DNA of 16,460 nt from Planctomycetota bacterium (GTDB lineage: Bacteria > Planctomycetota > JAJSAM01). Where the stretch lies: positions 1 to 16,460 of the forward strand of contig JAJSAM010000020.1 of the NCBI GenBank assembly GCA_024274785.1, written 5' to 3'. The first letter of the stretch is position 1. Every line of letters begins with the position of its first letter. Under the pieces are notes generated by a model. The model searched no databases. It saw only the letters and a list, made by a program, of their open reading frames with translations, and had not been told where the DNA came from. Positions 1 through 9,031 of the stretch are shown here, in pieces. The position numbers and the translations under genes were made by a program.

Positions 1-2199
1 CAGCATCTCCTTCGTTCCCGAACCGCTCCGTAGCGGGCTGCCCTTCGACAACTCCGATTTCGCGACCAGCGTCTGGAAGGCCCGGAGCGTCTCCGGCCGG
101 TACGCATAGCCTCTCCCCAGGTCCGGGGCGGTGCGCCGGGTCACCGTGCGATTCACCTCCGCGGTATTTCCCGCCCGGTCGGTGGCCGTCACCTTGATCT
201 CGTAGCTCCCGTCCTTCGCAAAGCTCACCGTCCGCTCAAAGCGGCCACCCCGCAACGCGGTGTCCCGGTCGCAGACCCTCACCGTGCAGTCCGGCTCGTT
301 CACTCTTCCGCTGATCCGCAGACTGCTCGTCTTGATCGTCTGAGGCAGCGCGTCCAGGGTGATCACCGGTCTCTTCGTGTCCAGCGTCACCGTCCGCGTC
401 TTCCGGGTGCGGCGGCCCAACCCGTCGGTGGCGATCACCTCGATCTCGTTTCGCCCCTCCCCCAACCGCACCGCGGCCGTGAACCGCCCGCCCACCGCCC
501 GCACCGGGTCACCGTTCACCGTCAGCAGCTTCAGGGTCGCATCCTCCACCGTTCCCTTCACGGTGAGGTCCTGAGCTCTGGTCAGGTGACCTTCTGCCGG
601 CTGCTCCACCCGGAGCGTTGGCGCGGCGGTGTCGCACTCCATCTCCCGCGATGTCTCGGATCGATTCCCGGCCCGGTCGGTGGCCTCGATTCGAATCCGG
701 TTCTTCCCCTCCGCGAGGTCCAACGTGGTGCTGAAGCTGCCGTCCTCTTTCAGCGTCACCGCGTTTCCGGAGACCTCCACCTGCTCGAGGTGCGGGTCCC
801 GCGCCCGGCCCGAGACGGTCACCCTCCGGGTGGCGCAAAGCGCATCCGCGGCCGGCGCCTCGAGCTCGATCGCCGGCTTCGTCGTGTCGAGAATCACCGT
901 GAAGGTCAGCGGCTCGTGGCGGGTGCCCGCCCCGTCCACCGCCCATACCTCAAGCGTGGTCTCCCCCTCCGAGAGGTTGATCGGCACCTCGAAGTTCCCC
1001 TGCGAGGTGGGGCGATACCGCTCGCCATCCACAAAGACCCGGCCCCGCTCGCAGTCGGTCAGCGTCCCGCTGACCTTGAACCTCCGATCCCCGGTGATGG
1101 TCACCGCTTCAGAGGGGCTGCTGACCACCAGCTTGCCCATGAATACCGGTGCGGGAGGCGGCTTCGGATCCTCAGTGGGGGGAGGCGGCCTCTGCTCGGG
1201 AATCGTCGGCGCCGGTTTCGTTGCCTTCACCACCAGCGATTCCCGGCCCGGCCGAGGATCATCACCCTTCCGGCTGGCCAGCAACGCGATCCCACCGCCC
1301 ACCAGAAGCAGCAGCAGCGCCAGGATCAGCCCTACCCGCCGCTTGCCCTCTCTCGGCGGATCCTTCGCGTCGGGCGCTTCCCCGCGAATCAGACCCCCGC
1401 AGGATGCCGGACGGTCCCCGGCATCCTTCGAGAGACCCCGCAGGATCGATCGCCCAAGCCTCGACGGTGCATCCGGCAGGGGGGGAGGCTCGTTGTTTTC
1501 GATCTGGTGGGCGATCTCGCCCCGGTAGAACGGAGGGTGCCCCGCCAGGCACTCGTACATCGTCGCCGCCAGGCCATAGATGTCCTGGGACGGGGAAGGC
1601 AACTCCCCGTTCAACTGCTCCGGAGACATGTACGGCAACGTCCCCGAAGTGCTCTCTCCGGTCAGACGGGTCAGGCTCTCCTTCATCTCCCGGGCGATAC
1701 CGAAGTCGGCGATCAGCGGCGTGCCATCCTCGTGCAGCAGGATATTGCTCGGCTTGATGTCCCGATGGACCACCTTCTTCCCGTGGGCGTAGTCCAACGC
1801 CTCGGCCAGAGGAGTGAAGAGCGCCACCACCTGCTCCTCCGTCAGGGGGCCGTCCCGCGCCAACCTCTCCTCCAGCGTCTCGCCGGGGATGAAGTCCATC
1901 ACCAGAAAGACCCCGTCGCTGCTCTCCTTGAAATCGCGCAGGGTGACGATGTTGGTGTGAGTGAGAGTCATCCCCCGAAGAGCTTCCTGGCGGAGCTGCT
2001 GCACCGCCTTCCTGTTTCGGGCCAGCAACGCCGGAGGCAGCTTGATGGCCACCTCGTGATCCTTGTCCGCGGCCAGGTGCACCGTCCCCATCCCCCCGCT
2101 GCCCAGCTCCCGAATCACCCGGTAACGGCCCGCGAAGATGATCTCCTCAGCAGGTTTCTCGGTGCCTTCAGGGATGGGGTCGTGAGGATCGGCCGGCAA
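1..2199 (-). CDS. Hanks-type Ser/Thr protein kinase, membrane-anchored. It has a cytoplasmic N-terminal kinase domain, a single TM helix, a Pro-rich linker and at least four tandem Ig-like beta-sandwich repeats as ectodomain. The C-terminus lies beyond the window start (partial). The probable start is TTG at 2197-2199.
   Basis: Minus-strand translation gives the Gly-loop LGSGGMGTV, the VAIK lysine, [16 protein letters not shown] and [11 protein letters not shown] hydrophobic stretch follows ([21 protein letters not shown], about nt 1270-1330). Then come repeated ~85-aa modules, each ending T-x-TV-x-LDT-x-KP (for example [15 protein letters not shown] and [16 protein letters not shown]). The reading frame is open from 2199 to nt 1. 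There is no in-frame ATG upstream of the Gly-loop. TTG is preceded by GGGGAGAGAG about 7 nt upstream. The gene is absent from the ORF track because no stop codon falls inside the window. Confidence 0.85.
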   Translation of the reverse strand, partial: MPADPHDPIPEGTEKPAEEIIFAGRYRVIRELGSGGMGTVHLAADKDHEVAIKLPPALLARNRKAVQQLRQEALRGMTLTHTNIVTLRDFKESSDGVFLVMDFIPGETLEERLARDGPLTEEQVVALFTPLAEALDYAHGKKVVHRDIKPSNILLHEDGTPLIADFGIAREMKESLTRLTGESTSGTLPYMSPEQLNGELPSPSQDIYGLAATMYECLAGHPPFYRGEIAHQIENNEPPPLPDAPSRLGRSILRGLSKDAGDRPASCGGLIRGEAPDAKDPPREGKRRVGLILALLLLLVGGGIALLASRKGDDPRPGRESLVVKATKPAPTIPEQRPPPPTEDPKPPPAPVFMGKLVVSSPSEAVTITGDRRFKVSGTLTDCERGRVFVDGERYRPTSQGNFEVPINLSEGETTLEVWAVDGAGTRHEPLTFTVILDTTKPAIELEAPAADALCATRRVTVSGRARDPHLEQVEVSGNAVTLKEDGSFSTTLDLAEGKNRIRIEATDRAGNRSETSREMECDTAAPTLRVEQPAEGHLTRAQDLTVKGTVEDATLKLLTVNGDPVRAVGGRFTAAVRLGEGRNEIEVIATDGLGRRTRKTRTVTLDTKRPVITLDALPQTIKTSSLRISGRVNEPDCTVRVCDRDTALRGGRFERTVSFAKDGSYEIKVTATDRAGNTAEVNRTVTRRTAPDLGRGYAYRPETLRAFQTLVAKSELSKGSPLRSGSGTKEML

Positions 2200-2461
2200 G
2201 GTGTCTCTCTCCCCTCGATGGATGCCCGCTCCAAGGATATCGGATACGGGTGGTCCGATTCAATGAGGACGCACGGTGGAGGCGTTGTTTTTTGCGCCGT
2301 GGGTGTGCAGGCGCCGCGGTGGTTTCTTGTGCGGGCGCTCGGAGGGCGCCGGTCCCTCGGCGCCCTTGGTGGGGCGCGGACGAGACGGAGCTCGTCCCTC
2401 CTGGGCGCGTGCATCAGTGCTCTCGGTCCTGCGAACCAACTCTTGCGCGAGCCCCAAGGGG

Positions 2462-2495
2462 TTGGCAAACGTCCTGGTATGCCGTATGGTCATAC
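2462..2495 (+). promoter_or_regulatory. Putative sigma70 promoter of the toxin-antitoxin pair. It reads TTGGCA-N17-TATGGT and is overlapped by a direct/inverted GTATG repeat set (GTATG-cc-GTATG-gt-CATAC, 2477-2495). This is a candidate autoregulatory operator.
   Basis: The -35 TTGGCA lies at 2462-2467, followed by a 17-nt spacer and the -10 TATGGT at 2485-2490. GGAGGTG (2497-2503) sits 7 nt before the ATG at 2509. The repeats overlap the -10 and the transcription start region, as is typical for RHH antitoxin operators. Confidence 0.45.
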
Positions 2496-2508
2496 TGGAG
2501 GTGGTCCT

Positions 2509-2751
2509 ATGGGTGCGGCGAAAATCGCAATCAGCCTGGATAAAGCGCTGCTGAAGAAGCTTGACCGGCTGGTCAGGTCAAGTGTCTTTCCGAGCAGAAG
2601 TCGCGCCATTCAAGATGCGCTCACCGAGAAACTGGCGCGTCTGGAGCGAACCCGTCTCGCTCGGGAGTGCGCGAAACTCGATCCGGCAGACGAAAAAGCG
2701 TTGGCTGAAGAAGGCATGGCTGCGGAGATTGCCGAGTGGCCCGAATACTGA
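2509..2751 (+). CDS. Type II antitoxin of the ribbon-helix-helix (CopG family), cognate to the downstream MazF/PemK toxin.
   Basis: The 80-aa product has an N-terminal beta-strand ([17 protein letters not shown]) followed by two helices. There is a strong SD (GGAGGTG). The stop overlaps the start of the toxin gene by 16 nt. The track placed this segment at the tail of a spurious 721-aa ORF. Confidence 0.8.
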   Translation: MGAAKIAISLDKALLKKLDRLVRSSVFPSRSRAIQDALTEKLARLERTRLARECAKLDPADEKALAEEGMAAEIAEWPEY

Positions 2752-3074
2752 GGGGAGAAGTGCGATGGGCGGACCTGGCACCCACGCGAGGCCGCGAGCA
2801 GTCGGGGCGACGTCCGGTCCTGGTCATCAGCCAGGACGTATTCAACGCCCGCTCGGGAACAGTGATTGCGCTGGCGATCACGAGTCAGCCCCAGAAAGCA
2901 GGGTTCCCACTGACGCTCGAGCTTGCTTCGACGAAGCTGCCGAAGCGCTCATGGGTGAAGATCGGACAGATCCGAACTCTCTCAGTAGAGCGAATCGGCC
3001 GGAAGCTTGGCACGGTGGCTCCGGAAGAACTGGTTGCCTCGCTCGAGGGGCTGCATGAGATTGTGGGAACCTGA
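2736..3074 (+). CDS. mazF: Type II toxin of the MazF/PemK endoribonuclease family.
   Basis: The 112-aa product reads [32 protein letters not shown]...[10 protein letters not shown], the canonical PemK/MazF fold signature. The start is GTG, with GGAGA 8 nt upstream. It overlaps the antitoxin gene, the usual TA organisation. Confidence 0.9.
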   Translation: MARILRGEVRWADLAPTRGREQSGRRPVLVISQDVFNARSGTVIALAITSQPQKAGFPLTLELASTKLPKRSWVKIGQIRTLSVERIGRKLGTVAPEELVASLEGLHEIVGT

Positions 3075-3239
3075 CCAGCCGTTGCAGCCGACCAGCTTCT
3101 CCGGCGGCTGATCGGGCACCGCGGTCTACAGCTCGCCCATGTATTGCATGCTGTTGATGGCGACCATGAACCTTCTGGTGCCGAACTTCACCGACGCGGC
3201 GTCCACCAGCGGGACATACCGCTCCGGCTTCACCGTGAC

Positions 3240-4577
3240 TCAGTTCACCACGGTTCTCGCGGTGGGGGAGAGGGATGTTACGAACCACTCGCCGTGGTGG
3301 AAGACGATCGAGGCGTGCCTCGTCTCGATGCCCTCGCCGCTCAAGCGGATCGCCGCGTCTCGGGAACCCACTGCCGCCTTGCGGAACACCTGGATGTAGG
3401 TGTGCTGCGGCGTGTTGTCCAGGCGCTCGAGCCGAAGCGCATCGGCCGCGTGGGGATGCTCCGAGCCGACGCTCAGGCTGTCTTTCGGCCCCTCCGCCAG
3501 CGGATAGCCGAGCTTCAGGACCCGGCCGGGTTCGGACGGATAGAAGATCCTGCCGCCCAGGGTCAGCACCTTCTCGGTCCTGGTCAGGCGCAGCTTGAAG
3601 TTCTCGAAGAGCGGGATCCACTCCTTCACGGGAACCGGCTTGCCGTCGAGCAGCATGCCGTTCGTGCTGCCGGGATCCTGCACGCAGACGACATGGTCGC
3701 GCAGGCGAAAGGAGCCGTGGAATCTGGAGATCTGGCGGCTCAACGTGAGATTCCGATGATCCTGACGCTCGGAGCGGCAGGGAAGACATCGCAATACCAG
3801 CGGAATGGCGATATCCTCCTCGCGCAACTTGTCGAAGGTCGTCGGCTTCACTCCAAAGCGCAGCTCCCGCCTGGCGAACAGGAAGTAGCGCCGTTCCCTC
3901 CCCGCACCGGACGTCCGCTCCAGCAGGACGAGTTGCCGGACGCCCTCGTCCCGCCGCAGGCCGGGCTCCACCCAGCCGTCCGGTCGCGGGATGAGTTCCA
4001 GGGGAGCCCAGTTCCCTCTTTTCCCATTCCCGCGGTCCTTGTCCTGACTCTTGACCAGGTCCGAGATCTTCACGTCGCCGGTGTGGTTGTGGAACTTGAA
4101 CTTCGCACCGCTGACATCGGCGTTGAGTCCCTCGACCAGGTCGGCGATCGAAACATCCCCGACGTGCTCGTCAAACTCGAAGGTAACGCCCCGGAGGTCG
4201 ACTTCCCCACCCGCCTCTCCCGGATGGGCCACCTGAAACACCACCGAGTGATCCAGGACGTGGAGCAAGCGGGGGGACCTCTCTCCGGTGATCTGCAACT
4301 GAACGAGGATGGACGAGACCATCTCCTCCCCGGGCGTGTCGGGAGTGAACTGAAACCGGATGTCCTTCGCCTCGCGGGGAGTGAGCTGGATAGTCGCCGT
4401 CGTCTTCGCGAGCTCGATCCCCGGTACGTCGATGGACATGGTCAGCCGACCGCTGGTGTCGGTCAGATTCCGCACCTTGAAGTGCAACAGGCAGTGGTCG
4501 CCGACCCGGTAGCGCCGGGCCTGGTCGATCTCGACGAGGATGCCACTCTGAGCGAGGATTCTTGGATCTATGGACAC
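3240..4577 (-). CDS. Tandem FHA-domain protein. The N-terminal region contains an internally duplicated 27-aa module. The first FHA domain is complete, with GSTNG. The second FHA domain is terminated by an in-frame TGA.
   Basis: FHA1 reads ISRFHGSFRLRDHVVCVQDPGSTNGMLLDGKPV. FHA2 reads AIRLSGEGIETRHASIVFHHGEWFVTSLSPTARTVVN followed by a stop. I prefer the start GTG at 4577, 13 nt after the upstream stop and with AGGGAAG upstream. The track's longer GTG start at 4643 would overlap the upstream gene by 53 nt and has no SD. If the TGA at 3240-3242 is read through, the frame continues to TAG at 3126-3128. Confidence 0.75.
   Translation of the reverse strand: MSIDPRILAQSGILVEIDQARRYRVGDHCLLHFKVRNLTDTSGRLTMSIDVPGIELAKTTATIQLTPREAKDIRFQFTPDTPGEEMVSSILVQLQITGERSPRLLHVLDHSVVFQVAHPGEAGGEVDLRGVTFEFDEHVGDVSIADLVEGLNADVSGAKFKFHNHTGDVKISDLVKSQDKDRGNGKRGNWAPLELIPRPDGWVEPGLRRDEGVRQLVLLERTSGAGRERRYFLFARRELRFGVKPTTFDKLREEDIAIPLVLRCLPCRSERQDHRNLTLSRQISRFHGSFRLRDHVVCVQDPGSTNGMLLDGKPVPVKEWIPLFENFKLRLTRTEKVLTLGGRIFYPSEPGRVLKLGYPLAEGPKDSLSVGSEHPHAADALRLERLDNTPQHTYIQVFRKAAVGSRDAAIRLSGEGIETRHASIVFHHGEWFVTSLSPTARTVVN
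4053..4214 (-). repeat. Tandem in-frame duplication (2 x 81 nt) inside the FHA-protein gene. It encodes two copies of a 27-aa module (G-x-x-F-x-F-x-x-H-x-G-D-V-x-I-x-D-L-V).
   Basis: The plus-strand units gaccaggtccgagatcttcacgtcgccggtgtgg... (4053-4133) and gaccaggtcggcgatcgaaacatccccgacgtgc... (4134-4214) have a period of exactly 81 nt. The protein copies are GVTFEFDEHVGDVSIADLVEGLNADVS and GAKFKFHNHTGDVKISDLVKSQDKDRG. Confidence 0.6.
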
Positions 4578-4590
4578 GCGTTGTTCTTCC

Positions 4591-6456
4591 CTAAGTACCC
4601 GGAGGGGGACCGCAGAACGGGCAGGCCCTGCCCGTGTAATCACAGCCGCAGGAGTGGCACTTTTTCACCACCTCCGGCTTCTCCTCTTCCTTCTTTTTCG
4701 CGCCGACCACATCCCGGATCGCCTCCGCTTCGCGATCACCCGCCGTCGCCCGGGTCTCGACGGCCTTTGCCATGGCGTCGAAGGAGCGGTCCACCATCTT
4801 GTGGAGCAGCACGTCGTCCTTGTCCGCAGTGTCCCGCCGCACCGAGTCGAGTCGCTCCCGGAACTCCTTCTCCTTCGCCGCGGTCTCCTCGGCGTGTGTC
4901 TTTGAGAAGTACTCCTTCATCACCTCCTGCATACCGGCGTCCCCCTCGGCGCCGAGCGCGATGACGAGCTCCGGCGCCATGTCTTTGCCGGCCTGAAGGA
5001 CCGTGGCCTTCGCGCCGGCGCCGGTCAGTTTCTCCTCCCGCGCCAGCCGGGACTTCAACTCCTTCATGGTGGAGTAGAGGTCCACTCTCAGGCGCTTGTT
5101 CGTCGCCTCGAGCTGGTCCGCCCGCTCCTTCACGTCGAGTTCGCCCATGGCCCGGCGCTTCCACGAATCGTCTTCGAGCTGCCTGGTGTAAGCCCCGAAG
5201 TCGACCTCGGCCGTACGATTCGCAATGTCGGCGACCGCCTTCTTGCGGTCCTCTTCGATCAACTGCTCCAGCTTCATCAGCCGGTTCTCGCCGCTTTTCA
5301 GCACCTCCGCCCGGTCCAGCTCGAAGCGCTGCTCCAACTCGATTTTCCGCACCAGGAAGTCCCGAGCCCGGTGGCGGTCGTCCTGCTCGTAGGAGAGCTG
5401 GTCGGTCAAGGCATCCAGGTCGCTCTCGCCGATCAGCTTCTTCTCGAGCTGTTCCTGCGCGGTGCTCCGCAGGAACTCCTTCATGGAGGACTCGTCCTTG
5501 ACCTCCTCCATCCGGGCGTGCTGCATGCTCTTTCTCAGGTCGGCCCACGCCTCGGCCTTCTTCGCGTGCCACTCGGCATCCTGCTTCGCCAGCGCGTGCT
5601 CTTCCTTCTCCTTCTCGAGGAGCAGCGCCCGCTCCTTCATGATCTCGCGAATGTCGTCGAGATCCGGCACATGCACGTCGAGGGTCTCCACGCGGTGCAT
5701 CACCAGGCCGTAGCCCTCCAGCGTGGTCCGCATGTGGGCCCGGATCGTCCCGTTCAGCTTCTCCTTGAAATCCTCGTTGCCGATCACCTCGCTGGCGATC
5801 CACCCGCCGGCGGCATCCTCCACGGCGTTCCGGACCACGTCCTGGAGGCGGTGGCCGATGGCCTTCGTGGTCAGGGAGACGGCACTCTTCATCAGGTTGG
5901 TGAGCAGACGCTCGGGGTTGTTGATCTCGAGAACCACCCTCGTATCGATATCCATCGGGATGCCGTCACTCGAGCGCACCGAGTGGAAGGTGTAGCGCAG
6001 CGGGAACTCCGAGAGGTCGAAGTAGACGACCTCCTTGCGCCGGGCACCCTCCGCCCCGACCTGGAGATCCCGGAAGGTGCTCTCGATGGCGTGCGAGCCG
6101 GGGTCGAGCGTCTTGAGAAACGCCCCATCCCCGAGAAGCATCGCGCCGTGGCCGAAACGCACGGTGATCTGTCCGCTGACGGCGTGCTCCTTCGTGTCCA
6201 CCCGGTATTTCCGGGAGAGCTCCCCGGCATCGGGATCCCACAGGAAATCGAAGGAGATCTCCCGCTCGATCGGCGGAAGCTCCATCCCGCACCGATGGCA
6301 GATCTTGTCGGTCGGTGTGGCGATGCCGTCACAACCCTCCTTGGTGCACACGCGGTACACGTTGGGCCCCGGGGCGCCGCAGTTCGGGCAGAACCGGCAC
6401 TCCTCCGGCAGCGGCTTCCGGCAGCTCGTGCACTTGTCTTTCTTGTCGAAGATCAT
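4591..6456 (-). CDS. Flotillin-like SPFH (band-7) domain protein. It has two N-terminal and one C-terminal Cys4 zinc-ribbon motifs and a long E/K/R-rich coiled coil.
   Basis: The 621-aa product has these parts. N-term: CTSCRKPLPEECRFCPNCG and CTKEGCDG...CHRCG. SPFH core: ITVRFGHGAMLLGDGAFLKTLDPGSHAIES...IPMDIDTRVVLEINNPERLL. Coiled coil: about 330 aa of heptad-like charged sequence. C-term: CHSCGCDYTGRACPFCG. The gaps to the flanking genes are 11 and 13 nt. Confidence 0.8.
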   Translation of the reverse strand: MIFDKKDKCTSCRKPLPEECRFCPNCGAPGPNVYRVCTKEGCDGIATPTDKICHRCGMELPPIEREISFDFLWDPDAGELSRKYRVDTKEHAVSGQITVRFGHGAMLLGDGAFLKTLDPGSHAIESTFRDLQVGAEGARRKEVVYFDLSEFPLRYTFHSVRSSDGIPMDIDTRVVLEINNPERLLTNLMKSAVSLTTKAIGHRLQDVVRNAVEDAAGGWIASEVIGNEDFKEKLNGTIRAHMRTTLEGYGLVMHRVETLDVHVPDLDDIREIMKERALLLEKEKEEHALAKQDAEWHAKKAEAWADLRKSMQHARMEEVKDESSMKEFLRSTAQEQLEKKLIGESDLDALTDQLSYEQDDRHRARDFLVRKIELEQRFELDRAEVLKSGENRLMKLEQLIEEDRKKAVADIANRTAEVDFGAYTRQLEDDSWKRRAMGELDVKERADQLEATNKRLRVDLYSTMKELKSRLAREEKLTGAGAKATVLQAGKDMAPELVIALGAEGDAGMQEVMKEYFSKTHAEETAAKEKEFRERLDSVRRDTADKDDVLLHKMVDRSFDAMAKAVETRATAGDREAEAIRDVVGAKKKEEEKPEVVKKCHSCGCDYTGRACPFCGPPPGT

Positions 6457-6467
6457 CGCTTTTCCTT

Positions 6468-8060
6468 CTACGCCGTCGTGCCGAAGTAACTCTTGCGTTC
6501 ATCGAGCTTGCCGTCGATCTCGAGGGCCATCGCCCGCATCAGCTTCAGGTGCTTTTCGGGGTTGCCGCCGGCGACGACCGAGTCACAGGCCGCCTTCGCC
6601 TCGCGCGTCAGCTCCTTGATCTGTCCGCTCACCGCGGTCTGGAACGACACCAGCCTGTCCAGGTTCTCCTTCGGAAGCTTGCCCTTCAGGAAGTCCTGGG
6701 CCTCTCCGTCCGCGGCGAACTTCACCTGGTTCTGCAACTCCTCGATCCGCTCACTCGCCGAGAGGATACTCCTGGCCGAATCGGCGTTCCCGGCTTCACG
6801 CGCCTGGTGGTGCGCCTCGGCCAGGGCCTTCTTCGAACTCTTCAGCTCGCGAAGGAGCAGGGCCCGGAGATCCTTGTCTTGCTGCAACACCTCGCGAACA
6901 TGGTCGGCCTCGTTGGCTTCCGTCCCGGCCGCGGTGATGCCTCGCTCGCGACGCCGGACCGGCTCCCGCTTCTTCATCGCCCGGCGGATCACCAGGCCGA
7001 GGAACAGGACCGCGATGAGCCCGAAGCCGATGTAGAGGACGATCGGGTTGTCCCTGAGGAAGGACCATGCCTTCGCCTCCCTGCTGTCCCCGGGCGCGCC
7101 CGGAATGAGGTTTCTGATCCGCTGGCACTCCGCCTTCAACCATTGGTCGCCCTGGTGCCCGCTCTCGAGCTCCTCGACCAGAGCGATCACGCGGTCGCGA
7201 TCGACCTTCCCGGCGAGCACCGCTTCCCAGGCCGGCGTCGTCAGCATCCGCCGGACGTCGTTCAGGAAGTCGCTGAGGGCCGGGCGGACGCTCGGATCGG
7301 CCTCACTGTACAGGTCGTTGATCAGGCGATAGGCCTCGTCCGCATTCCCGAGGTCGATCTGTCCCTGGATCTTCGCCAGGGCGGTGGCCTGGGATCGGAG
7401 GGTCTCCGCCCGGTTCTTCAGCAGGCCGAGCTCGGTGCCGAGCTCCGGATTCGACGCCACCGCGTCGGCGATCCGGGCCAGGCATTCGTCGATCTTCCCG
7501 GCGGCGAGCAGGCGGTTCAGGTTCTCGAGGACGGCGAGGTCCACGATGTCGGAGAGGTCGCTCCCCCAGACCTTCTCGGCGGTCTTCGCCACCCAGAGGG
7601 AGAGGTCCACGGTCGGCTTGAACTTGCCTCCGCCGAGGTCTTCCACGCCATACCGGACGAACAGCAGCCCCTGCGCCGCCTTGAATTTCCAGCCCAGCTC
7701 GTCGTAGGTCGCCGGGTTGTAGCGGATCTCCTCGGGATTCATGAACGCCTGGTCCACGAACTCCTTCACTCCCTCGTACGGCCAGACCTCGGTCAGACCA
7801 TCCACCCGGGCGATGGCGTTGCTCAGGGGTTTCTTGAGATCTTCCGCCAGCGGACCGTCGGGGCCCACGAACAGCGCAAGGTGCTCGATGCCGGCCTTCC
7901 CCAGCTCACCCGAGGAGACCAGGTCCTGCTCGATCTGCCGGACCGCCCAGTCCCTGAGCTTCTCCAGCGCGATGCGCTCTTCGGCGACGCCCGCCATCAG
8001 GGGGGCCGCCGTGGCGATCAGCACGGCCAGCGCGATCGTGATGATCCTTGCGGTTTTCAT
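6468..8060 (-). CDS. Bitopic membrane protein of unknown function. It has a signal peptide, a periplasmic domain of about 290 aa, one TM helix and a cytoplasmic coiled-coil tail of about 190 aa.
   Basis: The start ATG at 8060 is preceded by AGGAGAG. The signal peptide is MKTARIITIALAVLIATAAPLMAG and the TM helix is IVLYIGFGLIAVLFLGLVI. The C-terminal region is charged and helical. The track's longer MCKERT start lacks an SD. Confidence 0.7.
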   Translation of the reverse strand: MKTARIITIALAVLIATAAPLMAGVAEERIALEKLRDWAVRQIEQDLVSSGELGKAGIEHLALFVGPDGPLAEDLKKPLSNAIARVDGLTEVWPYEGVKEFVDQAFMNPEEIRYNPATYDELGWKFKAAQGLLFVRYGVEDLGGGKFKPTVDLSLWVAKTAEKVWGSDLSDIVDLAVLENLNRLLAAGKIDECLARIADAVASNPELGTELGLLKNRAETLRSQATALAKIQGQIDLGNADEAYRLINDLYSEADPSVRPALSDFLNDVRRMLTTPAWEAVLAGKVDRDRVIALVEELESGHQGDQWLKAECQRIRNLIPGAPGDSREAKAWSFLRDNPIVLYIGFGLIAVLFLGLVIRRAMKKREPVRRRERGITAAGTEANEADHVREVLQQDKDLRALLLRELKSSKKALAEAHHQAREAGNADSARSILSASERIEELQNQVKFAADGEAQDFLKGKLPKENLDRLVSFQTAVSGQIKELTREAKAACDSVVAGGNPEKHLKLMRAMALEIDGKLDERKSYFGTTA

Positions 8061-8082
8061 GGTTCTCTCCTTGCACATCCCA

Positions 8083-8997
8083 CTAGCGGTTGGTGTTCAC
8101 TTCGACTTCGGTCCGGTTGTCCGTACCGCTCTGCTCGAGTCTCTTTTCGAGGAGCGAGGCGAGGTCGCCCTCGTAGTCCCGGGCGAGCCACAGCGTGAAG
8201 GTCGCGGACGAATCTGCCGGGTCCTTGATCAGGTCGGCCAGCACCACGCCCTCCTCGTCGCCGATGGCGCCCTCGATCGCATCGCACCACGCGTCGAGGT
8301 CGACCTCCCCGGATTCGGTGGAAAGGGAGACGACCTTCACGCGGGTCTCAACCGCGTACTCGCTCACCTTTTCGTGGACGAGGTCGGCGGCGGTGGTGCA
8401 CATCCGGTCGAGCACCTGCCGCGTGGCGCGGGCCTCGGTGAGGTCGGCTCCGCTCTCAGCCGAGAGGGGAGCGCGGTAGAGTGGCCGCCCATCCGACCTG
8501 CGATCCACCGCCACGTCCCCGTCCCCGTGTACCTGGACGCGCCCGGCGCCGAGTTCCATGACCTTCCACGCCTTCAGGTTCAGGCGGATGAGGACCTGCG
8601 CGGCGGCGTGGCCCGTCGTCCCGGGTGCGGCGAGGCGAAGGCCCCGGTCGAGGAGATGCTGCTCGAAGAGTACCCGGATCGCCCCGGTCTCGTCGCTGCC
8701 GTCCTTCTTCGCCTGGATCTCGAGTTGAAGCGCGTATTCCTCAAGCGCCGGGTTCTTCGTCGTCTCCGGGACGTGGAGGTTCACCACCGGGGCGCTCTTT
8801 TTCACCTCGAGCTTCATTCTGGCCTGACGCAGGGTCGGCTGTGGCTCGGCCCCGGGCCCGGCTTCGGCTTCGTGCTCGAGTCGGGGCGGAGGGGCCTTCT
8901 CGACGGGATCCGGAACCGCGGTGCATCCCGAGGCCAGCACCGCCACTCCGAGGATCATCGCCCCGAGCAGCGAATTGCGAATGCGGTCAGCCATCAT
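8083..8997 (-). CDS. Lipoprotein of unknown function (signal peptide with lipobox L-A-S-G-C).
   Basis: The product begins MMADRIRNSLLGAMILGVAVLASGCTAV. There is a very strong SD (GAGGAGGAAGAG) directly upstream. It is the first gene of the four-gene minus-strand operon. Gene gaps are 22, 11 and 13 nt. Confidence 0.8.
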   Translation of the reverse strand: MMADRIRNSLLGAMILGVAVLASGCTAVPDPVEKAPPPRLEHEAEAGPGAEPQPTLRQARMKLEVKKSAPVVNLHVPETTKNPALEEYALQLEIQAKKDGSDETGAIRVLFEQHLLDRGLRLAAPGTTGHAAAQVLIRLNLKAWKVMELGAGRVQVHGDGDVAVDRRSDGRPLYRAPLSAESGADLTEARATRQVLDRMCTTAADLVHEKVSEYAVETRVKVVSLSTESGEVDLDAWCDAIEGAIGDEEGVVLADLIKDPADSSATFTLWLARDYEGDLASLLEKRLEQSGTDNRTEVEVNTNR

Positions 8998-9031
8998 GTC
9001 TCTTCCTCCTCGATATCACACTGCGGGAGAA

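Noticed and set aside
586-2751. 721-aa plus-strand ORF (with a nested 299-aa ORF at 629-1528 and a 202-aa ORF at 1149-1757)
   Set aside because: It is antisense to the clearly recognisable Ser/Thr kinase gene. It is Arg/Pro/Gly-rich with no motifs. It is an artefact of GC-rich sequence that happens to run into the real antitoxin frame at its 3' end.
3075-3125. Possible bidirectional terminator between the convergent mazF and FHA genes (CAGCCG...CGGCTG)
   Set aside because: The stem is only 6 bp with a 12-14-nt loop and there is no U-tract. It is too weak to call.
3240-3242. TGA recoded as Gly (code 25) or selenocysteine to explain the interrupted FHA domain
   Set aside because: TGA is used as an ordinary stop by the antitoxin, mazF, NtrC-family and kinase genes in this window. 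The genome is high-GC, unlike code-25 lineages. No SECIS-like hairpin is evident downstream.
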